Assembly (NCBI GenBank): GCA_010093995.1
Contig: ML992506.1
Coordinates: forward strand, 1,167,109-1,231,108
Source of the DNA: Elsinoe ampelina
Taxonomy: Eukaryota
Direction: 5' to 3'
DNA length: 64,000 bases
Of the stretch, positions 1-10,345 are shown piece after piece (position 1 is the stretch's first letter; the number at the start of each line of letters is the position of its first letter). Position numbers and translations under genes: made by a program. The notes under the pieces were generated by a model. The model saw nothing but the letters and a program-made list of their open reading frames with translations, ran no database searches and was not told where the DNA came from.

Positions 1-3000
1 GATTTGGCGAGCTCCAGTTGGACGGAAGCTGCTTCGAGATATGCGGATTGTGCTTGGAAGTACTTCCAGAGAAGGTCGGCAGCATCGAGGGAGTCGTTCA
101 TCCGCCGACGGAGATAAGCAACAACAAAGGGAGACGAAAGCTCCAGCAGTCGGTCGGCCTGATCATTCGCCAAATACTGATCGAAGAGGACGGTCTGGAA
201 CACCTCATCTGTTGACTCGTTGATAACGCTGTATGCTTCTTCCCGCCGAGTCATTAGTAACTGTGACGGTCCGTCTTGAGGATGAGCATTCTCGTATGTG
301 GCGGTATCAACAGCATTGATGACATGGAAGATGAAATCGTAGACTGCTCGTCGCCTATCGAAAGCCTCTTTCCGAGCATCATCTGGAGGCGAGTTCTCCC
401 GCAACCAATTCAGAGCTCGATTAGCTCGATCCGACTCTTGTGCGACATTTAGACAAAGATGAATGGCGCCTGCATAGAATTGTGAACCAGTGTATTGTTG
501 CACGGCCCATTGTAGATGCTCCATGGACAGAGCCCCTGCCACTTTCTGGAATAGCCGAAGAGACTCGTTCAGCCAGGCTCGACCTTGCTCCGAATTCGCG
601 CCAGCCTCGGAAGCACGCTTGACCAGTTCCTGAGCTTTGAAGATGATGACATCGTCAGCGCTACAGAAGCTGCCGCATCGCCTTCGCAGAGCATCAGCAA
701 CCGTATCGACATTGGCGCCACTTGCTATGTTGCGATTGACAATAGCTTTTACGAGTTCCTTGGCCAGATCCCGAGCTTCAATAGATGAGAAGAGCTGCTC
801 AAATGTGAGTTGCTTGAGCTTGCCTCTCGATTGCTCGGGCAATGACATGACAATCTCGTCGACCCTTTCGTCGAAGAGGACAAGCACAAAAGCAATACCC
901 TCGATGATGCTGGAGACGAGTTGCACCATGGAATTCATTGCCCGGTGCTCAGCCTGCAGGGTGACCTCTTCCTGCTTGGTCGAGACTCGGCCTAGAGCTT
1001 CAGGTCCAGCGAGACCTTCGATCGACGTCCGATTCTTCTCCAGGAACTCTTGCAACGCATTCAATGACCTCTGAATGCTCTGTAGCTTCGTCAATGGGAA
1101 TGTTGGGATAACTTGCAAACCTCCAGTGGGTGATGCAGTCTCCATACAGACCGGAGCCTTCCAGATTGAGCGTACGATTCGAGACAAGTATAGCGCAATA
1201 CCCTCATGGCGCGGCGATGTCCGGACATTATCGATAGCCGGTACAGTATTGTCCAGCACAGAGTTCTCGTTGAAAGTCGGCCGACCGCCATGTTGGATGA
1301 ACATCTCTCGTGCAAAATCAATGACTTCTGGCTCCGTGATTTGTGCAATCCGTTCGTCATTGGTCACGTCCGAACCCTGCCCGCAAGCTACAGCAAGAGC
1401 AGATGCGGCGGACTCCGATCGTCCATAGAGTCGAATGAACTTCTTCATTTCACCTTCGCGGCCGTCATTGTCGCCACCGTACCGTACTGCTGCGGCCAGA
1501 ATGTCTACAAGCCTCCTCCGCCGAATAGTGTGCACTCCACTGCTGCTTAATATGGCGATCTCTGTGGCTGAAGCATCGAACTGCACGGCAAGCTCATTGG
1601 CAAATCCTAGTGGTGCTTTCGCGGCCCCAAAGGGAGGTGTCGCTCTGCCAAAGTCCTGCACTGGCATGCCGAGCTGAATGTACTGCGCGGTCTCCGGGTA
1701 TTTGGTCGGTTGTGACGGGTCCTTGGGCATTTTGATTTGTCCGGAATCTGGCGCACACAAGAAAAGTCGTTGCTGCTGCGTGTCTGGTGGATATCTCGCT
1801 ACCAGAAGGGAGAAACCAGGTGGGTACCTAGTTCCCATAGTCGTTGGCGTCAGCACGCGCGTGTTCAGATCGACTGCAGCGTTGTTCGCTTGATAGCCTC
1901 CGAGAGAGCCTTGTTGCTGCGCTTGGCCTTCTGAAGAACCAGCTGGATCCTTTGGTGGAAATTTGACATGGTGGACCTGCATGCTCGACGGCGCGCTGGA
2001 ATTGTTCGAAGGAAAATAGGAACCAGATGTAGCGCTCAGGAAAATGCGACAGCCGGACGACGTAACGAGTTGCAGACTCAAGCGAGAGCTCTCGGTTGCC
2101 GGGATCGGGCTGAGGGAAACGACTTCTGTGCTGGGTACGAGAAGATCTGTTCGCGGGATCATGTGGCCAATGTTGCTTAGTAGCGCTGTGAAAGGTCGAG
2201 TAAGTGCAAGCAAGACGCTGCCATCGTTTCTGATGTGATAGACGCGGATTGTGGACTTTGATGACAGGGTGTAGAGGAGATCACGAGTGTCGTCCACAGC
2301 CAGCTGTTTGATGTATTCGGTCTCTGTTCTGCCACCAAATATGCTCAGAGCTCCAGTAAGATCATAGCCCTGTTTGCTGTGATTAATCTTGTCGCATCGG
2401 CTTTTGAACCACCTCTCCTCTTGTGAATATGTCAGTTCCCACACGTCCTCATTCGCCCTGCCAGTGAAGAATATTCTCCCGCTCTTCTGCGAAGCCGTGA
2501 TCTGAGTACAGCTGATGCCCTTTGCTGGTACTGCCATTCGAGTAGAGTATAGATCGATGCTCTTGCCGCCGGCTGGATTCGCTGTTGTCGCAACTCCAAT
2601 GAGGGTGATCTCGCTCGTTGACGCTACCACCAGCAGATGGGTGATGGCCGCTACGAAGACTCCAGGACGTGGCTTGATCAGAGCGACTCCAGTAATCACA
2701 GAAGTGCTGTCCTCATATCCGATAAGCTCCGGGTTGGGATGGGTGTAATCCCAAAGGTAGAGCGAGCTGTCGATGGTGATGTAGGCATGGTTGATCTCGG
2801 CGAACAAGCCCAGAGCAGTCGCGACTTGAGATTGATTGGCTTGCTCGAAGATCTGCTCCGGTATGTCATAGTTCTTCACCCGCTGAAATGGGGCCCATGC
2901 AGAGTTGTCCAGCAGATCGTATTCAGCAGAGTATCCTTGCCCTACGTAGCTGTCCAACTCTGGATACCGACTCTCGCTGGCCAGTGCATCGTTTATCGTC

Positions 3001-3245
3001 CTCGCTCCTCTCGCTACTGGCGACAGATCCTGTGGTGCTTGCGCTCCCGATACTTGCTGTTGTGATTGTGAGGCAGTGTTGACCAGCGCTCCTGAGGACG
3101 GTTTCCTTTGAAGCGCGAGCGCGGATGAGGAGTTGGACCGGAAGATGGACGGCTGAGCTATGCGCTGTGATTGTGCTGGTGTCGAGATGTATCCTCCAGG
3201 AAGCTTTCTTTGAGGTGTCGCCGTCTGGGTGCTTGTCAAGGACAT
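1..3245 (-). CDS. NUP170: Nucleoporin Nup157/Nup170 (Nup155 family); 3' end lies beyond the window
   Basis: Manual minus-strand translation from ATG 3245 gives MSLTSTQTATPQRKLPGGYISTPA...ARTINDALASESRYPELDSYVGQGYSAEYD...WAPFQRVK...LGLFAEINHAYITIDSSLYLWDYTHPNPELIGYE, the characteristic fungal Nup170 N-terminal beta-propeller. The frame appears to run off the window edge, which would explain its absence from the ORF track. Confidence 0.92.
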   Translation of the reverse strand, partial: MSLTSTQTATPQRKLPGGYISTPAQSQRIAQPSIFRSNSSSALALQRKPSSGALVNTASQSQQQVSGAQAPQDLSPVARGARTINDALASESRYPELDSYVGQGYSAEYDLLDNSAWAPFQRVKNYDIPEQIFEQANQSQVATALGLFAEINHAYITIDSSLYLWDYTHPNPELIGYEDSTSVITGVALIKPRPGVFVAAITHLLVVASTSEITLIGVATTANPAGGKSIDLYSTRMAVPAKGISCTQITASQKSGRIFFTGRANEDVWELTYSQEERWFKSRCDKINHSKQGYDLTGALSIFGGRTETEYIKQLAVDDTRDLLYTLSSKSTIRVYHIRNDGSVLLALTRPFTALLSNIGHMIPRTDLLVPSTEVVSLSPIPATESSRLSLQLVTSSGCRIFLSATSGSYFPSNNSSAPSSMQVHHVKFPPKDPAGSSEGQAQQQGSLGGYQANNAAVDLNTRVLTPTTMGTRYPPGFSLLVARYPPDTQQQRLFLCAPDSGQIKMPKDPSQPTKYPETAQYIQLGMPVQDFGRATPPFGAAKAPLGFANELAVQFDASATEIAILSSSGVHTIRRRRLVDILAAAVRYGGDNDGREGEMKKFIRLYGRSESAASALAVACGQGSDVTNDERIAQITEPEVIDFAREMFIQHGGRPTFNENSVLDNTVPAIDNVRTSPRHEGIALYLSRIVRSIWKAPVCMETASPTGGLQVIPTFPLTKLQSIQRSLNALQEFLEKNRTSIEGLAGPEALGRVSTKQEEVTLQAEHRAMNSMVQLVSSIIEGIAFVLVLFDERVDEIVMSLPEQSRGKLKQLTFEQLFSSIEARDLAKELVKAIVNRNIASGANVDTVADALRRRCGSFCSADDVIIFKAQELVKRASEAGANSEQGRAWLNESLRLFQKVAGALSMEHLQWAVQQYTGSQFYAGAIHLCLNVAQESDRANRALNWLRENSPPDDARKEAFDRRRAVYDFIFHVINAVDTATYENAHPQDGPSQLLMTRREEAYSVINESTDEVFQTVLFDQYLANDQADRLLELSSPFVVAYLRRRMNDSLDAADLLWKYFQAQSAYLEAASVQLELAK

Positions 3246-3615
3246 GCTGGCGAGCTCCGCGTCGAGATGAGGTCGAAGGAAAGCGTCAGACACTGAGAGT
3301 AGCGGCTGTATAGCTTCTCATGAACTCGCATACATTGTGAAAGAGAGTTTCTGAGTGACTCCGACGGCAATTGACCCTCACTCGGCAGAATCGATCGCGA
3401 CTGTTGTGAGTTCTGAGATCTGAGAAATAATCGCAAACACACCTCGAAAGAGCTTCACGCGGAGCCGCCGCCAGCGCTCGGGCCACATCAAAAACGCGAC
3501 TCCTTGTCTACCTTACCTTTGTCTGCTACCTCATTCACTGCTCTGATCGAATTCGACATTCTTCCTTTCACCTGTTCTAGGAGACCTTATCACTTGGAGT
3601 CTGGATTTTGTAGAA

Positions 3616-4200
3616 ATGTCGAGGCTACCACCGGCCATGGCGACCAGATTCTCGATCGGGAGCTGCATCAAGTCGAAATGTCTTCCGCTCCGGCCACTCC
3701 AAATTCGATATTCTAGCAGTGATGCGCCTGCTCCGCCGCTTCTGTTGAAATTAAGAAACGACCTCAAAACAGCAATGCGAGCCAAGGATACCAACCGTCT
3801 CAATGTGGTCAGAGGCATACTCAACGAGGTCACAAACTCAAGCAAGACATCATCGCCGATCCAGACAGACATGCAACTTCTCTCATTACTACGGAAACGT
3901 GCAGCGGCATCAGAAACGGCAAGGAAGGAATTCAAGGATGCTGGTCGATCCGATCTGATTGAGAAGGAAGACGCCCAGCTCCATGTTCTGCAGGAGTATG
4001 CAGGTGGCGTGGAAACGTGGAACGACGAACAGATCAAGGAGGCTGTATCGACTGTCATCCAGGACATGAAATCGTCGAGTGAGAAGAAGATCGTCATGGG
4101 GGACGTACTGAAGAGGCTTTTCGCACCTGGTGGAGACCTTGATGGGAAGCCAGTCGAAAAAGCAAAGGTCAGTGTAGCTGTAAAGCAGTTGTTGAGCTAA
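3616..4200 (+). CDS. AIM41: Mitochondrial GatB/YqeY-domain protein (altered inheritance of mitochondria 41)
   Basis: A basic presequence-like N-terminus is followed by LLLKLRNDLKTAMRAKDTNRLNVVRGIL...EFKDAGRSDLIEKEDAQLHVLQEY, a YqeY-like signature. Confidence 0.88.
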   Translation: MSRLPPAMATRFSIGSCIKSKCLPLRPLQIRYSSSDAPAPPLLLKLRNDLKTAMRAKDTNRLNVVRGILNEVTNSSKTSSPIQTDMQLLSLLRKRAAASETARKEFKDAGRSDLIEKEDAQLHVLQEYAGGVETWNDEQIKEAVSTVIQDMKSSSEKKIVMGDVLKRLFAPGGDLDGKPVEKAKVSVAVKQLLS

Positions 4201-4761
4201 ATGCTGCTCTGCCACCCTCCTCTATCTCTTTTGCCCCATAGAAGATGCAAGAGGCACATGAGTCAGACCACACCATGTAGTAATAGTCGCTGGAGGCATG
4301 TCGTAGCGCACGAGGTTACCAAAACTCGCGCCTGCACCCTGGATCATCTCCGATCATGCTCAGGGGTAGTCTCCCAACCACTTGTATGATATGTACAGTA
4401 TAGCAAATCTCCACAATACAAACTCAGGCGACCGGACAACAAAGCGATAATTGCGCGTTGGCATAGACCGAAGCTCTGCTCCACAACTCGATGCGATTGA
4501 GTTAGGTGAAATCTGCAAGGAGAAAGCTAGAGAGCTCACTGAAAAGTCAACATTGTCGTCCCTCAAGCTGCACGAAGCTGCATAATGGGCTGGAGAACTT
4601 GCTCAAATGGAACAAATATGGTATGGATGAAAATAAATGGCTCTCAACCCACCGTCCACCTACGATTCGAGATAAAGTATAAAGCAAGCCGACTTTGCTA
4701 CCATCCTTTACTTGATCGCTTTCAACACCTTCGTTTCCTCGTTTGACAGTCGTCGATCAAG

Positions 4762-6054
4762 ATGAAGGCATCACTCTGCCTGACCGGCCTCGCCCTGCTA
4801 GAGCAGGCCTTGGCTTACCCACCAGTAGCACCGCATGGTGACAGAGAGCTTTCGCTGCAAGGACGAGATGTGGCTAAGATCATGTGTTACGATGCTGGAG
4901 CGTGCACCTCGACGGCTCAGATGTGCAAGCCATGTCCTGCACCAACAACACCAGTCAGTCCAATCCAGAGGCATACCACAACCTCAACACAACTGGTGAC
5001 CAGCTTCACTCACATCGTTTCTCAGCCTGCTCCCGTCAATCATCAGCCTCCACCACCGGCGTCTCCCGATTTGCCCAAGCCAACAACAACCCCATGCTCT
5101 TCCACTGTGAGCTGGGTGACTTGGACCTCGCTCATTCCACCGCCTCAAACTCCCGTCGTGAGGCCCCCTCCCCCACCACCGCCGCCACCACCACCACCAC
5201 CACCGCCTCAAACAACACCTTGCACAACATCTGCGGCACCCCCTCCGCCACCGCCGCCACCGCCGCCACCGCCACCGCCTCCTCCGCCTCCTCCCCCTCC
5301 AGCCACTACGCCTTGTACAACATCAATGCGGCCACTCTCACCAATTGCAAAAGCACCAACGCCAACACCTCTCCCACCTCCCCCTCCACCACCGCCTCCT
5401 CCTCCGCCTAAAACCACGCCTTGCACAACAGCTGCAGCGCCGCCTCCTCCTCCTCCGCCGCCGCCGCCACCCCCTCCCCCTCCTCCACCACCCGCACCTC
5501 CCTCACCGACGCCCGCGCCTCCTCCACCGATGCCAGCCCCACCTCCACCGATGCCCGCTCCTCCCCCACCACCTGCACCTCCCGCTCCCCAACCAAAGCC
5601 CAAGCAGTGCGCCCCCGAACTCAAACCCCACCTCTTCGTCCTCCCCAACAGCATCGTCATAACCTCCACGTCCGGCCAAACCTGGACCCACCAATACCTC
5701 CCCTCCCTCTCCCCGACCAACAGCACAACCTTCACCTACCCCATCCCCACGGCCTGGTCCTCCAAAACCTGCAGCCTGATCTTCACCTGGCCGACAAAGG
5801 ACAAGTTGCAGACGAGCGACTACTGGGTTTCCGGCAGCGGGGCGTTGAGTTTCGCAAAGGCCGATGGGGAGGGCGCAGGGGTGGAGTTGGGCAGGGTGCA
5901 GCCTGCTACTGAGGGGAGGTATGTGATTTGGTCGGGCGTGTGTGAGGCGGGGAAGGAGGTGAGGTTTAGGGGGAGTAGTGTCGGGGGAGTGGATTTGAGG
6001 TGGTTTCAGGATTATAATCCTGAGCCGATTGGGTTGTGGGTTGTTGCTTGTTAG
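4762..6054 (+). CDS. Secreted polyproline-rich protein with a C-terminal But2-like (ubiquitin-3-binding protein But2) domain
   Basis: Signal peptide MKASLCLTGLALLEQALA, then long poly-P tracts. The C-terminus TCSLIFTWP...LQTSDY...SGSG...FQDYNPEPIGLWVVAC matches the But2-family C-terminus. Confidence 0.78.
   Translation: MKASLCLTGLALLEQALAYPPVAPHGDRELSLQGRDVAKIMCYDAGACTSTAQMCKPCPAPTTPVSPIQRHTTTSTQLVTSFTHIVSQPAPVNHQPPPPASPDLPKPTTTPCSSTVSWVTWTSLIPPPQTPVVRPPPPPPPPPPPPPPPQTTPCTTSAAPPPPPPPPPPPPPPPPPPPPPATTPCTTSMRPLSPIAKAPTPTPLPPPPPPPPPPPPKTTPCTTAAAPPPPPPPPPPPPPPPPPPAPPSPTPAPPPPMPAPPPPMPAPPPPPAPPAPQPKPKQCAPELKPHLFVLPNSIVITSTSGQTWTHQYLPSLSPTNSTTFTYPIPTAWSSKTCSLIFTWPTKDKLQTSDYWVSGSGALSFAKADGEGAGVELGRVQPATEGRYVIWSGVCEAGKEVRFRGSSVGGVDLRWFQDYNPEPIGLWVVAC
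5160..5590 (+). repeat. Coding low-complexity repeat: poly-Pro (CCN)n blocks separated by TTPCTT spacers
   Basis: Runs of cca/ccg/cct/ccc, with three TTPCTT motifs inside the span and a related TTPCSS just upstream. Confidence 0.9.
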
Positions 6055-6315
6055 GTGGGGAAGGGATGGATGGAAGGGAAGGAGGGGAGAAGAGAGAAAA
6101 GAGGCGAGTTGTAATGGATGAGAGGTAGATAGATGGTAGAGGATAGTTTTAGAATGAGAAAACAAGTCACTCCTTTGACATTGGTTGCACGGTGGTCATA
6201 CTGGGTGACATCAAGGACAGATGAGATGGTCACATGTACTTGCCTCTATTGTGGACGGGAAGTGGAGTGCAATCTATACTTGCCATGAATTTCGCCTTGT
6301 TCCTGGGTATCATCG

Positions 6316-7536
6316 TCAAAGTTGACGCAGTATGCTATCTGGTAGCTGTCCACCACGATTCTTTACCCTCTTGAATTCCCTCATTGCTTTGGCCCGAGTG
6401 CTTGATACCAACTCAGCAGCAGTGCTGTCAGTCGAACTTTGGTCATTACTCTCGGCCCTGATGATAGCGTCGAGCAAGTCCACTTCCCATAAACCAACCA
6501 TGCCTCGCATCCTCAATAACGGGACGAAGCGGTCGTATGGTGGTGAGACGATGATGTCGTCGATCTGCGAGGCAATAGCTCTGGCTCTCGATAGTTCCGC
6601 ACGTTTGATGTCGGTGGCGGCTGCCTGCCTACCGCTGTCATGATCGGAGGCTTCATCTTCGCTGTCTGACGAATGATCGGAAGGGGTGGGCAGGGCTGCC
6701 ATTGCCGCCTTGGAGCCTTCGCTTGCTTCGTAAATCATCAGACTGAACAGGGCAGGGTAGAATGTTCGGGCATCTGTCGATTGCGGATTAAGCTTGTCGA
6801 ATGGATATTGGAGAATCAAGGACTCGTAGTACTTCTTCGCTTTTTCAATATTGTCGGCGGATATCGACTTTTGGCTGTTGAGATCTTCCCGGTCATGATC
6901 TGTGATTGAGGGTGGTGTAGGTTCCTCAGACGCCGAGGAGGAGGACGCGAGAGAAGAGAGTGCCTGCTTGTCACCTTGACGGAGAAGAATTTCTGCCCCG
7001 ATGCCCCAAGCACCTCCAGTTTTGAGATTGATATTTGTCTTGCTTGGAGCGGCACGGAGCAGCAGACCGAATGCTTGGCCGGCCCGATGATAGTCTCCCC
7101 GAAGCAAGCTTACGTGGAGTATGGATGTCATGACAGCAACGTGCTGGCGCTGCAAAGAAGCCTGCTCGACCTGCCGAGACGGTGGAACAGCATGAAGCGG
7201 TGGATTGAGACTAGCAAATGCATCTTCACTTTCGTTCGCAGACGGAGCGCCACGCTTGCCCGGGATCGGCGAGTGAGGGAAAGAGGCGGAAGGAATGATT
7301 TGACTTGGATCATGTCCCGCAACGTAGTATTGATCCTTGACATCGACAGGTCGGTAGTCGTGTCTATTCCGAGGGTCTGGAGATGGTTCATGGTCTTCGT
7401 CTTCGTAACCTCCAGTGTGAATGCTTCTAGATCGTTTCTTCCCCTTCTGAGGGACAGCGGCGCCAGTACCACCGGGAATGCTCGCCTTGAATTCGCCAAT
7501 CTCCCATAGAGGCGCGAAGTCGGCTGTCACACGCAT
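6316..7536 (-). CDS. RRN11: RNA polymerase I-specific transcription initiation factor (Rrn11-like)
   Basis: Motifs RQHVAVMTSILHVSLLRGDYHRAGQAFGLLLR, WGIGAEILLR and AKKYYESLILQYP are typical of fungal Rrn11. Confidence 0.72.
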   Translation of the reverse strand: MRVTADFAPLWEIGEFKASIPGGTGAAVPQKGKKRSRSIHTGGYEDEDHEPSPDPRNRHDYRPVDVKDQYYVAGHDPSQIIPSASFPHSPIPGKRGAPSANESEDAFASLNPPLHAVPPSRQVEQASLQRQHVAVMTSILHVSLLRGDYHRAGQAFGLLLRAAPSKTNINLKTGGAWGIGAEILLRQGDKQALSSLASSSSASEEPTPPSITDHDREDLNSQKSISADNIEKAKKYYESLILQYPFDKLNPQSTDARTFYPALFSLMIYEASEGSKAAMAALPTPSDHSSDSEDEASDHDSGRQAAATDIKRAELSRARAIASQIDDIIVSPPYDRFVPLLRMRGMVGLWEVDLLDAIIRAESNDQSSTDSTAAELVSSTRAKAMREFKRVKNRGGQLPDSILRQL

Positions 7537-8172
7537 GGCGGGGCTTGAGAATGTCTCAGAAACTCATTTTTGGCCCGCCCTGTCTCAAATACATTCGTGG
7601 CGAAGACAGAGTGACGCGACGGAGCAGCGAGCTATTGAAGATCGTAGGTAGATAGTGTGAACAAGTCAAAGTGTGTCATCCAGAGCATCCTGAGGCGGAA
7701 TCGCGTAAAGATAGGGCGTTCTCGTAGCAGACGCGCCTGATGTTGAGACCGGTAGATGTAGACAACGGTGGTGTCGAAATAGCACTGGATAATGGCCAGC
7801 AGTCGTCTCAAGCTGAAGAGCCGCAAAGGAACCTCTCTGACAGCGGCGGGTGCCTCGGATTATTCTGGAGCGGTATGAGAAGGGAACGTCATTTGCGACG
7901 GAGTGAAACAGGCATCGTGGTGCAGGTGTATTTGCTGTCTTGTTTGTCTTTGATCTTTGGAAATTTCATGTTTGGATTGGTTGTCTTTCGGGAGCATGAG
8001 CCAAGTCTCGTTTCGCCTCGTGACCCGCCTTGCACCAAGCACGCACATCTTCTGACAACCGCCAGCTTGCATCGCCTTTTCAACATCTTTCTCCCCGCCA
8101 TCTTTCTCTCTCTCCTCTTGCAATCCGACCTCTATCATCTCTTCCTCTCCCTCGTTGACCGCCATCACCACC

Positions 8173-10345
8173 ATGGGACAGAGCGCTTCCTCCCAAACGC
8201 CGCCGGCCGGCGCTCACGCTCACGACTCGCATTCACACCGTCGAAGCACCATCTGGAGACGTTCGAGCGCCGTTCGCCCGTCTGAATCACTCGAAACCGT
8301 CCACGCGAGCCCTCGTCCACGCACAAATCGCCCGCGGCCAGCATCAGTGAATAGGCTCTCACAGCTGTTCCCGCAATCGTCACAACCACGCGAGTCAAGC
8401 GCCCAGGACCATCATTCAGCACGTCACTCATTAGCTTCGAGGCTGCAAAGATCAAGGCACTCTATACTCCTCACCCCACAGAGCCTGTTCCCTCGCAGCA
8501 GCTCTAGAAATGCTTCGACCGCTGAGCCAGACCTGTGGCCGTCTGAGCAGCGGGGTGCTCCAGCTGCAGCTTCTTCAGCCGCACCGAGCTCATCCCACCA
8601 TCAGCGAACAGACATCACCCTCCCAGATGTAAGATTACCAGAACTTGACCTCGACTTCACACAAACACAATCGACCGCCTCCGGTCCTGCCACACAAAGA
8701 AGCCCTTCTCGCCGATCCAGCATTCGCTTACCAAGCGGTATCGCAGACCGTCTCGGCTTCAGATCACAGCGTCAATCAGTTGCTTCCGCCACGAGCAATG
8801 TCTTGAGCAGGAGAAGGAGAGCGCCTATCGGTCCAGGTGAGGACAGCACTGCACTCCTGTCTCGCCTGCTGTCCGTGGCTGCGGCTGCCACGGCTGCGAC
8901 ATTGCTGGAGGGAAGCGACCAATCCATGGCAGAAGCTAGGGGCACAGCCGGAGATGGTGACGACGGTACCTTTGACAGCTTCCTACAATCGCTCGAAAGC
9001 GGAAGATTAGCGGCGGCTCTGAGACAGGGTACTCAGGCTCACGAGAGCGCAGCTCCAGGATCGGGCCAGCCGCCGTTGAACTTCTTCCGCATGTTTCGAT
9101 TCAACCCAACGTCTGCCTCGCGCAACTCGCGTCAAGCTCAACAGAACAATGAAAATCGCATGGTGCCTATCATCATCGTGGGAATCCGAGCCGTCTCTCC
9201 CGGAGCCAACGTTAATGGATCTGAGGATACCGGTGTTCCACCGTTCTTAGATGCGCTTTCTACTCTTCCAACAACGCCTTTCAACGCCAACAACCTTGCT
9301 TCGGAGATCTCGGACGGTCTTCGAGGACCTCAGAATGGTACCAGGTTCAGTCATCGTCGTAGGGCTTCCATCGGTGGTCTCAGCCGATTTCCGTCCGGTT
9401 ATGACAACCAGCGACACCACCGCTCACCGGACCGTACGCGACCTCAGTCTGTAGCATCGGAAATTGCATCATGGCCACGACCACCGCCTGCGACTCCCGC
9501 CAGCCCTAACCTGTCTACGGTCAACTCTCGGAGTAATACACCTGCGCCTACCGTGCCAACTTCACGTCGTTCCAGCTTCAGTGGTACTCCCCGACGCGAG
9601 AGCATCATCAGAACCACCACTACCACCACTCTTGAGACCACGAACGAAGATGCACCGGTTGCTCGAGCCAGACCTACCCGTCCTCGACGCGCAAGCGATG
9701 CTGAGCGGAGGCATAGCAGCTATGCCTCGCGTAGGCATGGCTTCGTCGAGCCCGAAGCTGCTGTCCCGGCGGACAATACCCGCAGCTGGATCATTTACGT
9801 GCTTGGGGGTAGCTACCCCGAGAACCACCCGATTCTCACCACGCCCAGTCTCTTCACTGATTCTCCGACTTACGAAGACATGATGCTGCTTTCGACCCTC
9901 CTTGGTCCTGCCAAGCCCCCTGTCGCCACCGAGACGGATGTCGCTGCTGCAGGAGGCGTCTATCAGATCCGAGTTGGGGTGAACGAGAAGAGCGAGCCCA
10001 TTCTTGTCGCTTACGCCAACGAAGGCAGCGACCGTATCGAGCTTACTCACGAGCAGCGATGCTTGGTATGCCTGTGCGACTTTGAAAAGGAGGAGGAAGC
10101 CCGCAAGCTTACAGAGTGTGGTCACTTGTATCACCGCGAGTGCATTGACGAGGTATGTTTCTGTAAACTCTAAGGAAGGCCTTCTTACTGACATGTGAAA
10201 GTGGTTGACTAAAGGTCGCAACTCGTGCCCACTTTGCCGAGGCCAGGGAGTTCAAGAAAAGGACAAGAAGCCCGAGCCAGCTCCTGTCGACTCTGCACGA
10301 CCTTCCCCCGTCATCCCGAGCGAGCCTGAGGTTCCGGCGGCTTGA
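8173..10345 (+). CDS. RING-H2 finger E3 ubiquitin ligase with a disordered N-terminus; intron 10153-10201
   Basis: Removing the gtatgt...ctgac...aag intron gives CLVCLCDFE...LTECGHLYHRECIDE|WLTKGRNSCPLCR. The conserved block RSWIIYVLGGSYPENHPILTTPSLF precedes it. ATG at 8173, TGA at 10343-10345. Confidence 0.88.

Noticed and set aside
18..3313. Numerous plus-strand ORFs in the ORF track
   Set aside because: They are antisense shadows of the minus-strand NUP170 reading frame.
5208..5735. Gly-rich 175-aa minus-strand ORF
   Set aside because: It is the antisense of the poly-Pro codons.
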